Positions 20,181 to 29,921 are shown, counted from the stretch's first letter. The stretch: DNA of 64,000 bases from a virus (IMGVR_UViG_3300032293_000813:23000-86999); one strand, 5' to 3'. Notes: generated by a model not told the origin, from the letters alone. Translations and numbers: made by a program.

Positions 20181-20841
20181 ATTTATTCGGTCTGGCTTTC
20201 GAAACGAAATCCATTATTTTATCGTGTTTAAATTTAACAGGCTCAGATATTAACCCATGATTACCATTTCCACTATTATCAAATATCTTAAAATTAGTTT
20301 TAGTATCCATATCCAACGAGGTATAAATTCCTTCTTCTTCTAATACAACATCTCTCTTTAAATTAAAAGATATTTCATGTGGTTCTAATGGTCTATCGTA
20401 TATAACTAATCTACTCAATTCACCTTCCAATAAATTTTCATCGGTTGTTTTCTCATGAATATTATCAGCTAAAAAAGTAAAGTAATTATTCTCATCTACT
20501 ACTTTTGGATAGTCAGGTTTGAAATCAAAACTAACTACTTTATTTCCATTAAAATAAGTAAATTTATGTCTCTTATAATCAATGTTAATAAAGAAATCAA
20601 ATTCGTTTCCAATATCATCTACTATATAAGAATGATATGTTCCCAAATCTTGAAACTGAAAGTGTAATTTATCTTCCGAAATAATAAGTGTTTCAGTTGA
20701 TAGATTTCTTCTATATAAGTAACCTACTTTCTTTGTGCAATTATGTGAACCAGTAAATCTAATAGAATACCCTGCAACTAAGTCTGTAAACTTTTTTGTG
20801 TTGGTTTTATTATTGGATTCATTTTGTATTGTGAATATCAT
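20173..20841 (-). CDS. Stand-alone LamG-like domain protein
   Basis: EGELSRLVIYDRPL...FDNSGNGNHG; similar to 18058-18795. Confidence 0.6.
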   Translation of the reverse strand: MIFTIQNESNNKTNTKKFTDLVAGYSIRFTGSHNCTKKVGYLYRRNLSTETLIISEDKLHFQFQDLGTYHSYIVDDIGNEFDFFINIDYKRHKFTYFNGNKVVSFDFKPDYPKVVDENNYFTFLADNIHEKTTDENLLEGELSRLVIYDRPLEPHEISFNLKRDVVLEEEGIYTSLDMDTKTNFKIFDNSGNGNHGLISEPVKFKHDKIMDFVSKARPNKYG

Positions 20842-22232
20842 AGTTTTCCTTTTCTACATTTTTTATAAAGTTCATCGAATTCAGGGAATGTTTCTAAGAA
20901 ATTAGTTCCCCTTCTCATATCATGATGTCTTACAAAGATAAAGAAATCTTTTCTATTTTTCAAGAAAGTTGAATCATCATCGTGGTTTTTCATCCATTCT
21001 GCAATTCTCTTTACTTTAGTAATTTCAATATCTGTAAATCCATAACCATCTTCCCCTACTCTTACTTGCTCATAAAAATCCATAAGTTGAGCCTGTGAGT
21101 TTACTTCCTCTATCCATTCCTTATCTAATATCTTAACACTTTGATGCGGAGGCCATCTAAGATACGAACTATCTAATAATACCGAACTACCATAGTATCT
21201 ACTAGAACTATGATATTTCTTTTTCAATTCATATACATCTCTAATCAATCCTTTATAAGATGGAACTGATAAAGCATTATATGTACTCATTATGATAATA
21301 GTAAGTTTAGGATTTTCTGTTAATAAAATGTTTATTCTTTCGATAAACAAATCATAATTAAACCCATGTCTTATATAGTTTGCCTGCTCACCATGCGCAT
21401 CACAAGATGTGAATAGAATAAACTCATTAACTCTTTCTTCATCCATTAACTTTTTAATCTTCTCTCTGAACTCATTGAATATCTTTTCAGGAGCATTTAA
21501 GTTAGTGTTAATAGAAAGATTCAATGCCTTATTAGGATTAGGTTCACTATTGATGAAATCTAATACATCAAATGTATCCTTTGCCAAAAGAGGTTCTCCT
21601 CCTGTGATTCTGAATGTATGTAAATCCTTATACAAATCCGGCCACCATTTCCAAAACGCATCAACGTATGGATTCTTTTTATTATGAGGTATCGGCATCT
21701 GGTCAGTACTCTTCAAATAATCTAAGTTATTAAAATTAGTTGAAGTAGGGTATGAACCATGTTGTTGAATTTCGTCCATCCATTGAGATGAAAACGCAGG
21801 CCCACAATATGAACATTTAAAGTTACATACATTTGAGAACGATACTTCCACATATTTTGGGTTAATATCTTTTTCACCTTTTGTTTTCAATACCTCATCG
21901 AAATATTGCATCGACCAGGGTTCGGTAGATTTATATACTCTATCAGAAAACTCATTTGAATTATCCTCTATGTTCCAACAATAATCACACTCTTTAGGTC
22001 TTAATCCTTCCATCATTTCTCTTCTTCTATTCTTCTTATAGTTTGTATTGTGAAGAGCAGATGGATTCTGTGCCACCTCTAATTCAGAAATCTTATGTGT
22101 TACGGGGTGATGACACGAATGGTTATGACCCGTTTGCAGTTGAAGTGTAACCTGAGTCCACTTAGCTAAACAAAACCCTTTTCCAACTTTGTCTAACTTC
22201 TCTTTTGTTTTTTCGAAATGTTCGTTTAGCAT
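20838..22232 (-). CDS. Radical SAM protein with N-terminal Cys/His cluster, paralog 2
   Basis: CNFKCSYC, ITGGEPLL and CLAKW..HSCHH..CDYCW; colinear with 18795-20180. Confidence 0.9.
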   Translation of the reverse strand: MLNEHFEKTKEKLDKVGKGFCLAKWTQVTLQLQTGHNHSCHHPVTHKISELEVAQNPSALHNTNYKKNRRREMMEGLRPKECDYCWNIEDNSNEFSDRVYKSTEPWSMQYFDEVLKTKGEKDINPKYVEVSFSNVCNFKCSYCGPAFSSQWMDEIQQHGSYPTSTNFNNLDYLKSTDQMPIPHNKKNPYVDAFWKWWPDLYKDLHTFRITGGEPLLAKDTFDVLDFINSEPNPNKALNLSINTNLNAPEKIFNEFREKIKKLMDEERVNEFILFTSCDAHGEQANYIRHGFNYDLFIERINILLTENPKLTIIIMSTYNALSVPSYKGLIRDVYELKKKYHSSSRYYGSSVLLDSSYLRWPPHQSVKILDKEWIEEVNSQAQLMDFYEQVRVGEDGYGFTDIEITKVKRIAEWMKNHDDDSTFLKNRKDFFIFVRHHDMRRGTNFLETFPEFDELYKKCRKGKL

Positions 22233-23668
22233 TTACAATTTATTAATACTGAATTATTACCAATGTCTTCTATATTCAATAGTTCGTATTTCAAACTATT
22301 CATCCCATCATTCTGCCAATTATATTTTCCCTGCTGCATCTCTAACACATATCTCTTCTCATTTCTTGCAGTTGTTGCCCCTTTCTTCCATTTACCATTT
22401 ACCAATCCTTCGGTTTCATGTGGTAAACATTCAAACTTACCATTTCTTCTATAAGGTATAACGGTTGATGGTATCTCCATTTTCTCTTTGGTAAATGTAA
22501 CATTATGCATTTTACCATGATTACCATTTCCCGTTTTATCTTCAACCATCTCATCGATGAAAGAATCAAAATCATAATGAAGTTGTAAACCATCTTCTTC
22601 TAAATGAAATGGAATATCTGCTACCTCACCATCCGTCATACATCTATCATACATTCTAACTTCAGCAATTTCTCCCTTAAAAAACTTGTTCGGTTGATTT
22701 TGATTTATAGAAGGAGATGTTCCCATATAAAATCCTTCCGTTCCATATCTCTTTAAATCACCACTATATTCCATTGGAGAAGTTACACCTGTTCCAAATC
22801 TAGCATCTGTTTCTCTTCCGTTTAAATAGAAGTGAATCTTTTTATTATAAGCATCCACTTTCAAAGTTACCCATGTCCATAAATTCTCATATCGCTTCAT
22901 CCACATATATTGCATCTCCTTCTCACTATTCCATAACATCGAAGTAAATGCTCTACTATTGTTATATGATAATCCCCAATCATATCCTGGTCTTCTTAAG
23001 ATAGGATATTCCCAAAATCTTCTATTCTCATCTCCGATTAAGTAGATAGGAATCTTTTCTTCTTGTTGGTGTGCCTTTACTAATACTGAAATAGTATGAG
23101 AACGATTACACATAAATCGGATAGAACGAGATTGTGCGGTTTCTATATAGGATTTTATTCCATCAAAATTAGCCACACTAAATTCATTCTGTGGTTTGAT
23201 ATATGTTTGGTCTGCCATCCCATTTAATGCACATCTCCAAAACAAATCATCATCTTCCATACCCCAATCCCAATAATCATTTGAGTAACCATTGGTTTTG
23301 TAAACTTGTTCTTTTGTAAACAATACAGCGCCCCCAAAATACTCCTCATATTTGAGGTTATAATCTGTTTGAGATATTCTTACCGCCAAATGTTTTGGGT
23401 TCTCAGGATTGTAACTATAATCACACGAATCATCTTCTGGTATCATATCAATATCATGCCATACGATATAATCACATCCATCCTTAAATGCCACATCCGC
23501 TGCAATGTTTTTCATCTTACCTCTGTTAAAAAGTAAGTTATCACATTGGTGTGCAAAATATATTTTATGCTCAATACCTCTCTCTTCCAAAAATTTGTGA
23601 ACTCTCGGTGAGAACTGAGCTAAATGTTCTTCTCTGTTTCTATATGGTACACATACCCCTAACTTCAT
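22226..23668 (-). CDS. GT7 (beta-1,4-galactosyltransferase-like) glycosyltransferase with inserted LamG domain
   Basis: VPYRNR, FNRG, HDIDMIP and NGYSNDYWDWGMEDDD, then LamG (FKGEIAEVRMY...DKTGNGNHG), then the GT7 tail (LPH...NEKRY...DGMNSLKY). Confidence 0.85.
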   Translation of the reverse strand: MKLGVCVPYRNREEHLAQFSPRVHKFLEERGIEHKIYFAHQCDNLLFNRGKMKNIAADVAFKDGCDYIVWHDIDMIPEDDSCDYSYNPENPKHLAVRISQTDYNLKYEEYFGGAVLFTKEQVYKTNGYSNDYWDWGMEDDDLFWRCALNGMADQTYIKPQNEFSVANFDGIKSYIETAQSRSIRFMCNRSHTISVLVKAHQQEEKIPIYLIGDENRRFWEYPILRRPGYDWGLSYNNSRAFTSMLWNSEKEMQYMWMKRYENLWTWVTLKVDAYNKKIHFYLNGRETDARFGTGVTSPMEYSGDLKRYGTEGFYMGTSPSINQNQPNKFFKGEIAEVRMYDRCMTDGEVADIPFHLEEDGLQLHYDFDSFIDEMVEDKTGNGNHGKMHNVTFTKEKMEIPSTVIPYRRNGKFECLPHETEGLVNGKWKKGATTARNEKRYVLEMQQGKYNWQNDGMNSLKYELLNIEDIGNNSVLINCKC

Positions 23669-25101
23669 AACTCTACTGAAATCATTTTAGCCTTTTCAGA
23701 TAATTCTTTTTCTTCTACCTTTTTATATCTTAATGTATTCAATCCTTCAATCGAATAGAATAACACATCGTCTTTAATTGAATTGAATCTTAACTGATTC
23801 TTTCTAGTCTCTTCCCAAACCCATCTATTTCCTTCTACACTATTAGATGAATGTTTAAGTGTTTTGAACTTACAATCCTTTTTAGTTGGAATCGTAACCT
23901 CTACCATAAACTTACTATTCATCAATGTGTTAGCCTGGCAATTGATAATCTCAGCATCAAAGTTGTTACCGGATATATCAATCAATTTATCCTTTCTATA
24001 ATGTCTGAAATCGTAATATGTTTTTAAACTCTTAGATGATTTATATTTACCAAAATTATTCAATAGGGATTTCTTAGCTGAATCTTTATATATTTGATTG
24101 ATTTCAGGCAAACTTAATGCCTTATCAAATACCGCAAACTCAGAAATCAATCCTTTGAAATAATAATTCTCATAATTCTTAGATGGATTGGCAACTCCTA
24201 AATAGAAATCGGTTACATTGTAATCATACATATCTTCTATAAATTCCTCACCTATTAATTTACCATTGATAAACAACTCAATACTTTTACTACGATAGTT
24301 TCGTTTGATAACTGCGTGTACCCACATATCAGGACTAATATCAGATGTTATACTTCTACTCTTTTCTTCTTTATCCCATATATCCAATTTGTATCTATTG
24401 AAACTATTATAGGATAGAGAGAAGTTAAAACCAGGAATAGAGAATATTGTGTATTCATCGTATTCTCTGTTTGAGTTATTAACTAAATCCTCTGCTTTAA
24501 ATTTAATAGAGATACTGAAATCATCATTAAGTATCTTTTTAAATTGAGGAAATGGAATACTAACAAATGAATCAATTCCGTTAAAGTAGAAATAATTCAA
24601 TACAAAGTTTTCATCCTCTATACCAAATACTTTTTTATCCAATGTAAGATTACAACTCTCACATCTTTTTAAAAGGTCATCATCCTCAAAACCCCAACCC
24701 CAATATTCGTTAGAGTAACCATTAATAATTTTGAAATCTAATTTACTCAATATAGTAACTCCACCAAAATAGTTATAGAAACTTTCTTCGCCATTAAGAG
24801 TGTTAGCTAAGTGAGTTGGTACATCACAATACGAATAATCCGCATCGATAGGTAACATATCCACATCATGAAAACAATAGTAATCAAAATCAGGTCCACT
24901 TTCTTTATAACCTACATTCAACAACTTACCTCTATTAAAAGGTTTATCATCTTTTTGTTCAATGACAAAAACCTTGTAATCAACTTTAGTTCCTAAATAT
25001 TCTTCAATATATGGAATAAAGATGTTAAGGTGAGATTCCCTATTTCTGTAAGGAACTATTATTGCTAATTTCTTAGTTGTTGTTTTACTGCGGTCTTTCA
25101 T
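23665..25101 (-). CDS. GT7 glycosyltransferase with inserted LamG domain
   Basis: VPYRNR, FNRG, HDVDMLP and NGYSNEYWGWGFEDDD, LamG (FKGLISEFAVFDKAL), then the GT7 tail (EGLNTLRY). Confidence 0.85.
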   Translation of the reverse strand: MKDRSKTTTKKLAIIVPYRNRESHLNIFIPYIEEYLGTKVDYKVFVIEQKDDKPFNRGKLLNVGYKESGPDFDYYCFHDVDMLPIDADYSYCDVPTHLANTLNGEESFYNYFGGVTILSKLDFKIINGYSNEYWGWGFEDDDLLKRCESCNLTLDKKVFGIEDENFVLNYFYFNGIDSFVSIPFPQFKKILNDDFSISIKFKAEDLVNNSNREYDEYTIFSIPGFNFSLSYNSFNRYKLDIWDKEEKSRSITSDISPDMWVHAVIKRNYRSKSIELFINGKLIGEEFIEDMYDYNVTDFYLGVANPSKNYENYYFKGLISEFAVFDKALSLPEINQIYKDSAKKSLLNNFGKYKSSKSLKTYYDFRHYRKDKLIDISGNNFDAEIINCQANTLMNSKFMVEVTIPTKKDCKFKTLKHSSNSVEGNRWVWEETRKNQLRFNSIKDDVLFYSIEGLNTLRYKKVEEKELSEKAKMISVEL

Positions 25102-25318
25102 CGTTAGGTCTTTCTGAATCTCTCATTGGTCGAGATACACTTCCTAAGTTTTTAGCTTTTAAAATAGTGTGAAATTCATGTAAGTACCATTCAACTCTTG
25201 TTCCCCAAGCTGATTTATCGATTTCAAACATCCAATCATTTAAATCTCTGAAAGATGAAGCAATATCTTCTAATGCTCTTACCTTTCTCTCTTCTAAGTT
25301 TTTTTCGTCTACTGCCAT
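25085..25318 (-). CDS. Small hypothetical protein, tandem paralog A
   Basis: 77 aa; alignable end to end with 25333-25566. Confidence 0.7.
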   Translation of the reverse strand: MAVDEKNLEERKVRALEDIASSFRDLNDWMFEIDKSAWGTRVEWYLHEFHTILKAKNLGSVSRPMRDSERPNDERPQ

Positions 25319-25332
25319 AACTTAATGTTTAA

Positions 25333-25566
25333 TTATTGAGGTCTTTCAGTTCCCTTTTCAGGTCTTCCTGTGTTACCAATAGTTTTCGCTTTTGCAATCA
25401 TATAGAATTCGTTTAAATACCATTCTAATCTTTCCGACCATCCTTTGGTATCTAACTCATACATCCAATCTTGAATGTTTTCCAATGAACCTGCAATCTT
25501 TTCAAAAGCCTTAACAGCTCTTTCTTCGATGTTATCGGTTTGTTCTGGTTTTTTAGATGTTGCCAT
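25333..25566 (-). CDS. Small hypothetical protein, tandem paralog B
   Basis: 77 aa; shares W-M-x-E-x-D...W..R.EWYL.EF and C-terminal ERPQ with 25085-25318. Confidence 0.7.
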   Translation of the reverse strand: MATSKKPEQTDNIEERAVKAFEKIAGSLENIQDWMYELDTKGWSERLEWYLNEFYMIAKAKTIGNTGRPEKGTERPQ

Positions 25567-25567
25567 T

Positions 25568-25816
25568 TTATTTATTTTTTAATTTATTTTCTGTTTTGTG
25601 TTGAAAGAATCCTGTTGGAAATGGAGTAGCCTGCCTCGATGAATAATATTCTCTTAATAATTCTAATGCAGAGAATATTATCGGTTGTACATATGAGAAG
25701 GTTTGAAGTGTTTTATTCTTTTCAAAAACTTCTAATGCTTCCGCTACTCTTTCCGCTTTACTAACAAATTCTTCGTTGTTAATAAGTTTTTTTACTATAG
25801 AACTATCTTTATCCAT
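25568..25816 (-). CDS. Small hypothetical protein
   Basis: 82-aa ORF filling the gap in a tightly packed operon. Confidence 0.5.
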   Translation of the reverse strand: MDKDSSIVKKLINNEEFVSKAERVAEALEVFEKNKTLQTFSYVQPIIFSALELLREYYSSRQATPFPTGFFQHKTENKLKNK

Positions 25817-27282
25817 GTTGCTTTTTCATTTATTTGTTCTTCTGATAAAATCTTATAATTTAAATAATTCAATCCTACCTCTTTTGTATCCAATCTATTT
25901 GTTAATACTTCGTTGAAATATATTTGAGAGTTTTGTACAATATCCGGGTCCCAACTATAAAACTTCTCCGTTATTTGGTCATCACCTTCGTGGATTAAAG
26001 ATTGATACTTACCTAATATTCTAGATGGAACTGATAAACGGGATGTTTTTGGTATCGTATCCTTTTTAAGATACTCCGAATAGTTTCCGAATTCAGGTCC
26101 ATATATCTTAACGTGATTAAGAGTTAATGAATCATCTAAAATAAAATCTCTATATGTTTTATCAAACTTAATATTCAATACAGGCTCTAAATCTGTATTC
26201 TTTTTCTCATCATTATATCCTTCTAAATAAAGGTTATCAATTTCTCGTTGTTCTAACACATAATCAAATAACAATACGTTAGCCATCTTACCATTATATC
26301 TAGCGGTATTCAAACTACTACATCCTAAGAATAAGTGTTCGTTTGTATAATCATATAAAGGTGTTACGATGTAAGGTTGTTGGTCTCCTGTATAACTTAT
26401 CTTAACTGAGTTTAAATACATCTCAATTAATTCCTTATTATAATCAACAACAAATACTACATGATTCCAAACACCTGGTTCATATTTCTTATATGCAAAA
26501 CAATACTGTTTATCATTATCATAAACATTCACTCTTATTGTACCATCTTTCTGTAATGATATACCGGTATTAAATCCTTTCCAAGCAATTAAGTATTCCT
26601 CTTCTTCTACCATATCAGAATTGAACCATAATGCGGCAGTAAAACTATCTCTCGTAATATCTCTTAATTGAGCATTAGGAAATATCTTTAGGTACAAATC
26701 GTTACCACTAAAGTCCGCATAGTTTACCTGCTCAATATATTTCTTATCTGTTATCTTAATCTTTTCAAATTCATAATAAGAATCTATGCGAGGAAAAATT
26801 GTTTCTTCATCTAATTCAATTTCGTTTATTCTACATCTGTGAAGTAAATCTAAATCAGCAAACCCCCATCCCCAATACTCATTTGAAAATCCATTTATCT
26901 TTTCGAAATCTTCTTTACTAAACATAACAACACCACCCATATATTCTAAGTAAGGTAACTTAAACTTATGAGCAGATACTCTAGTTGCCATATGAACGGG
27001 ATATCCACCAATGTGAATGTAATTGTAATCACAATCATCACTTACAGGCAGCATATCAATGTCGTGGAAACAGAAATAATCAAATTTATCTTTCAATAAA
27101 GAGAATCCTATATTACAGATTTTTCCATAGTTAAATGGTTTATCATCGGTTTGCTCAACAATAATAATTTCATACTCTACATCTTTGTTCTTAAAGAACT
27201 CAATCATGTGAGGTACGAAAGTATCTAACTGCTCTCGTCTATCCCTATAGGGTACTATTATCGCTATCTTTTTTCCGTACAT
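25795..27282 (-). CDS. GT7 glycosyltransferase with inserted LamG domain
   Basis: VPYRDR, FNYG, HDIDMLP and NGFSNEYWGWGFADLD, LamG (YNGKMANVLLFD), then the GT7 tail (VGLNYLNY). Confidence 0.85.
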   Translation of the reverse strand: MYGKKIAIIVPYRDRREQLDTFVPHMIEFFKNKDVEYEIIIVEQTDDKPFNYGKICNIGFSLLKDKFDYFCFHDIDMLPVSDDCDYNYIHIGGYPVHMATRVSAHKFKLPYLEYMGGVVMFSKEDFEKINGFSNEYWGWGFADLDLLHRCRINEIELDEETIFPRIDSYYEFEKIKITDKKYIEQVNYADFSGNDLYLKIFPNAQLRDITRDSFTAALWFNSDMVEEEEYLIAWKGFNTGISLQKDGTIRVNVYDNDKQYCFAYKKYEPGVWNHVVFVVDYNKELIEMYLNSVKISYTGDQQPYIVTPLYDYTNEHLFLGCSSLNTARYNGKMANVLLFDYVLEQREIDNLYLEGYNDEKKNTDLEPVLNIKFDKTYRDFILDDSLTLNHVKIYGPEFGNYSEYLKKDTIPKTSRLSVPSRILGKYQSLIHEGDDQITEKFYSWDPDIVQNSQIYFNEVLTNRLDTKEVGLNYLNYKILSEEQINEKATWIKIVL

Positions 27283-28136
27283 TATATTGAAACTATGTGT
27301 TTAGATAGTTTATTCCAATTACTGAAAGATACGAAGGATTTTTCAGATTTCCAAGTGAATTCTTTGTATTTTTCCAAATCTATACAATATCCATAATCCT
27401 CTATACCATTCAACATTATCTGATATTCTCTTGAGTAAGAATAATCTTGTCCAATCTTTGCTACCGCTTTCAATCTATCTACTACACTCTTATCCCATTT
27501 GAAATGGTGAACTTGTACAAATCCCTTATTAATTGGATATCTCAATGGGTGATTCCAACCTTGCCATCTCCAAGTTGATTGCCCTTCTATTTGAGCATAA
27601 TGTTGACCGGATGTTACTTCAATTCTACCTTTACATAATGTAACTTTATTTGGACAGGCTCCACTCATTGGGTATCTAAAAAATGAACTGATAGGAAATG
27701 CTTCCCATAAATCCGTATTCTCATCTACAAATGGAAAACTACCATCTTCTCCAATCTTATCTATAAATCCACCGGTTACAAATTCCCATCCATTATGTTC
27801 ACACTCTTCTATTATAGAATTTACATCATCCCAATACAAATGTAATTCATCATCATCCGCTACTATCCACCAATCGTTGGGATATAAGTTCTTTATCTCA
27901 TTGTAGAAATGTGTTACTGAAATCCAATTGAATGCATCCGATTCTCTTTCGTGCACAATACATCCAAATTCTTCAGCAATCTCATTAACTCTATCGAATG
28001 ATTCTTTATTGTTTACATCAAGAGTTCTGTAATTAACCAAATGAATTTCACTCACTATATCTTTATAATGAGATAACATCTGTCGTAGAGTATTTGTTCT
28101 ATGACCAGTAACGGTTATTAATCTAGGTTTTTTCAT
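27282..28136 (-). CDS. GT-A fold glycosyltransferase (GT2-like)
   Basis: DxD-type WWIVADDDELH and a later VHHFKW, typical of Glyco_tranf_2_4-like proteins. Confidence 0.6.
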   Translation of the reverse strand: MKKPRLITVTGHRTNTLRQMLSHYKDIVSEIHLVNYRTLDVNNKESFDRVNEIAEEFGCIVHERESDAFNWISVTHFYNEIKNLYPNDWWIVADDDELHLYWDDVNSIIEECEHNGWEFVTGGFIDKIGEDGSFPFVDENTDLWEAFPISSFFRYPMSGACPNKVTLCKGRIEVTSGQHYAQIEGQSTWRWQGWNHPLRYPINKGFVQVHHFKWDKSVVDRLKAVAKIGQDYSYSREYQIMLNGIEDYGYCIDLEKYKEFTWKSEKSFVSFSNWNKLSKHIVSI

Positions 28137-28891
28137 TTTCTTCGTATGAGTGTTAATCCAGTAGATGATGGTTTATTTTTTATGATACCAAAATTAAATA
28201 AGTTAAATACTTCCCAATCTTTACTATCTTTCAATTCTTTTACAAATTGAATAGGCCCACTCCAATCATCGTGGTCACCTCTATCTTTTATTTCATTTGT
28301 TATAATATAGTTATCAGCATATTTCGAATCAGTATCGTGTATTGAGATGATACCATTTTCTGATAATATTTGTGAGTATAAATCAAAATCTTCCTTAACG
28401 TTTTCATATGAATGTCCTGCATCTATGTGTAAATAATCAATCTTAATATCGTTTAATACAAAGTAATTGTGAAATGCCTCTTCGGTAGTTGTGTTAATAA
28501 TTCTAGGATGAAAAGTTCTTCTGTAAAATGATTCTTCTGCAAACCAATCTACATTACCACCAATACCATTCATTGCATCAACTACATAAGTTGTTCCAAT
28601 ATCTCCCCAATTATAATCAGCATTTCCTTCGAAGATTCCTTGCCTATGTAAATCGTATCTAGATTGTGTCATTAGACGAGGAATAAATCCTCCTCCACTA
28701 CCTAAACATACACATACTTTAGCTCTCATATATTGTATAATAGAATATATGATTAAACCATCGCCTAAGTGTACATCGGTTGCTCCGTGAGACCATCTAT
28801 AGGGAACAGGATGCTCCTCTTCTTCACCTCTAAAATCAAACTCTAAATTGTTAGTGAGGTACTTCTTTATGTAGTTTAAGTCTTGTAACAT
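28133..28891 (-). CDS. Class I SAM-dependent methyltransferase (Methyltransf_24-like)
   Basis: LGSGGG motif I and IDYLHIDAGHSYENVKEDF...IISIHDT. Confidence 0.8.
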   Translation of the reverse strand: MLQDLNYIKKYLTNNLEFDFRGEEEEHPVPYRWSHGATDVHLGDGLIIYSIIQYMRAKVCVCLGSGGGFIPRLMTQSRYDLHRQGIFEGNADYNWGDIGTTYVVDAMNGIGGNVDWFAEESFYRRTFHPRIINTTTEEAFHNYFVLNDIKIDYLHIDAGHSYENVKEDFDLYSQILSENGIISIHDTDSKYADNYIITNEIKDRGDHDDWSGPIQFVKELKDSKDWEVFNLFNFGIIKNKPSSTGLTLIRRK

Positions 28892-28914
28892 CTATTGAAT
28901 ATAACTATTATAAT

Positions 28915-28952
28915 ATACTACAAAGATACTAAAAATTCATCACTTTTCCAAC
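28915..28952 (-). promoter_or_regulatory. Bacteroidota sigmaA-type promoter upstream of the methyltransferase and glyco island
   Basis: On the minus strand, GTTG (28952-28949), a 20-nt spacer and TATCTTTG (28928-28921). Confidence 0.55.
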
Positions 28953-29921
28953 TTTATTTTTCCAATTTTCTAAGGATGCAAACCCCCCCATATACTCTCT
29001 TAACTTATTGAATTCCAACACTTTAGAGTCATATGTTTCGATTGCAATTTCCTTCACAATTTCATCAAAATCTTCCTTAGTTTCTACCCTATATTTGTAA
29101 TCACATTCTACTCCCCAATCTTTATGAAGTATAGGAAGTTTACCATAGTTTACCGCATCAAATACTGAATACCCAAATGGTTCGTTTTTGTAAGCAGAAT
29201 GAAATGTTTGCCAACTCTTATCTATAAACCATTGACGGTGAATACTCATATCAAACTCATAGAACTTACATCTCTTAAAATCGTATTGCTCTGATATGTT
29301 ATAATAATCATATTTGTGAGTGAGAACTTTTGCAGTATGCCCACTTAACCAATGTGGATTCTTTCTACTTTCAAATCGTGCAGCGTATCCAATAGTTTCC
29401 GTATCTACATCAACCAATTCTCTATTCTCCGTAAATGTATAATAATTAGGTATAGTAATACAATCCCATTCATCTAAAAGTGAAGAGTGATTTAATCCTA
29501 TCCAAATTCTATTCTTACATTTTCTTAATAGTAGATTTTGCCATCCTAAATCAATCTTTGTTGGATATAATTTAAAATCAGTTCCAGCTTCTGTTATATC
29601 TTTTGCATATGCCTGAATGAATACTGAATTCCACTTATCCTGATATTCCATAAGGTACTCTCTATGTGAATACGGTGGGTGTAGGAAGATTATTCTATCA
29701 CATCTATCCAATGTATCCTCCACCATTTTGGGGTTCTCTAAACGGAAGATATGGGGTATAGAAATGGATGATTGAATATGTTTAGCAGGTCGTTTATTAT
29801 CGATTATCAAACATACTTCTTCTTCGATGGTAGGAACTATATGTTGAATAAAATTATTTACCCATATATCCCCTCCACCGATAATTTGATTACCCGCAGA
29901 TGTCGTAACAAATACTATCAT
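28929..29921 (-). CDS. GT-B fold glycosyltransferase (GT4-like)
   Basis: N-terminal GGGDIWVNNF and C-terminal EPFGYSVFDAVNYGKLPIL (ExFG-x4-D/E motif). Confidence 0.6.
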   Translation of the reverse strand: MIVFVTTSAGNQIIGGGDIWVNNFIQHIVPTIEEEVCLIIDNKRPAKHIQSSISIPHIFRLENPKMVEDTLDRCDRIIFLHPPYSHREYLMEYQDKWNSVFIQAYAKDITEAGTDFKLYPTKIDLGWQNLLLRKCKNRIWIGLNHSSLLDEWDCITIPNYYTFTENRELVDVDTETIGYAARFESRKNPHWLSGHTAKVLTHKYDYYNISEQYDFKRCKFYEFDMSIHRQWFIDKSWQTFHSAYKNEPFGYSVFDAVNYGKLPILHKDWGVECDYKYRVETKEDFDEIVKEIAIETYDSKVLEFNKLREYMGGFASLENWKNKVGKVMNF

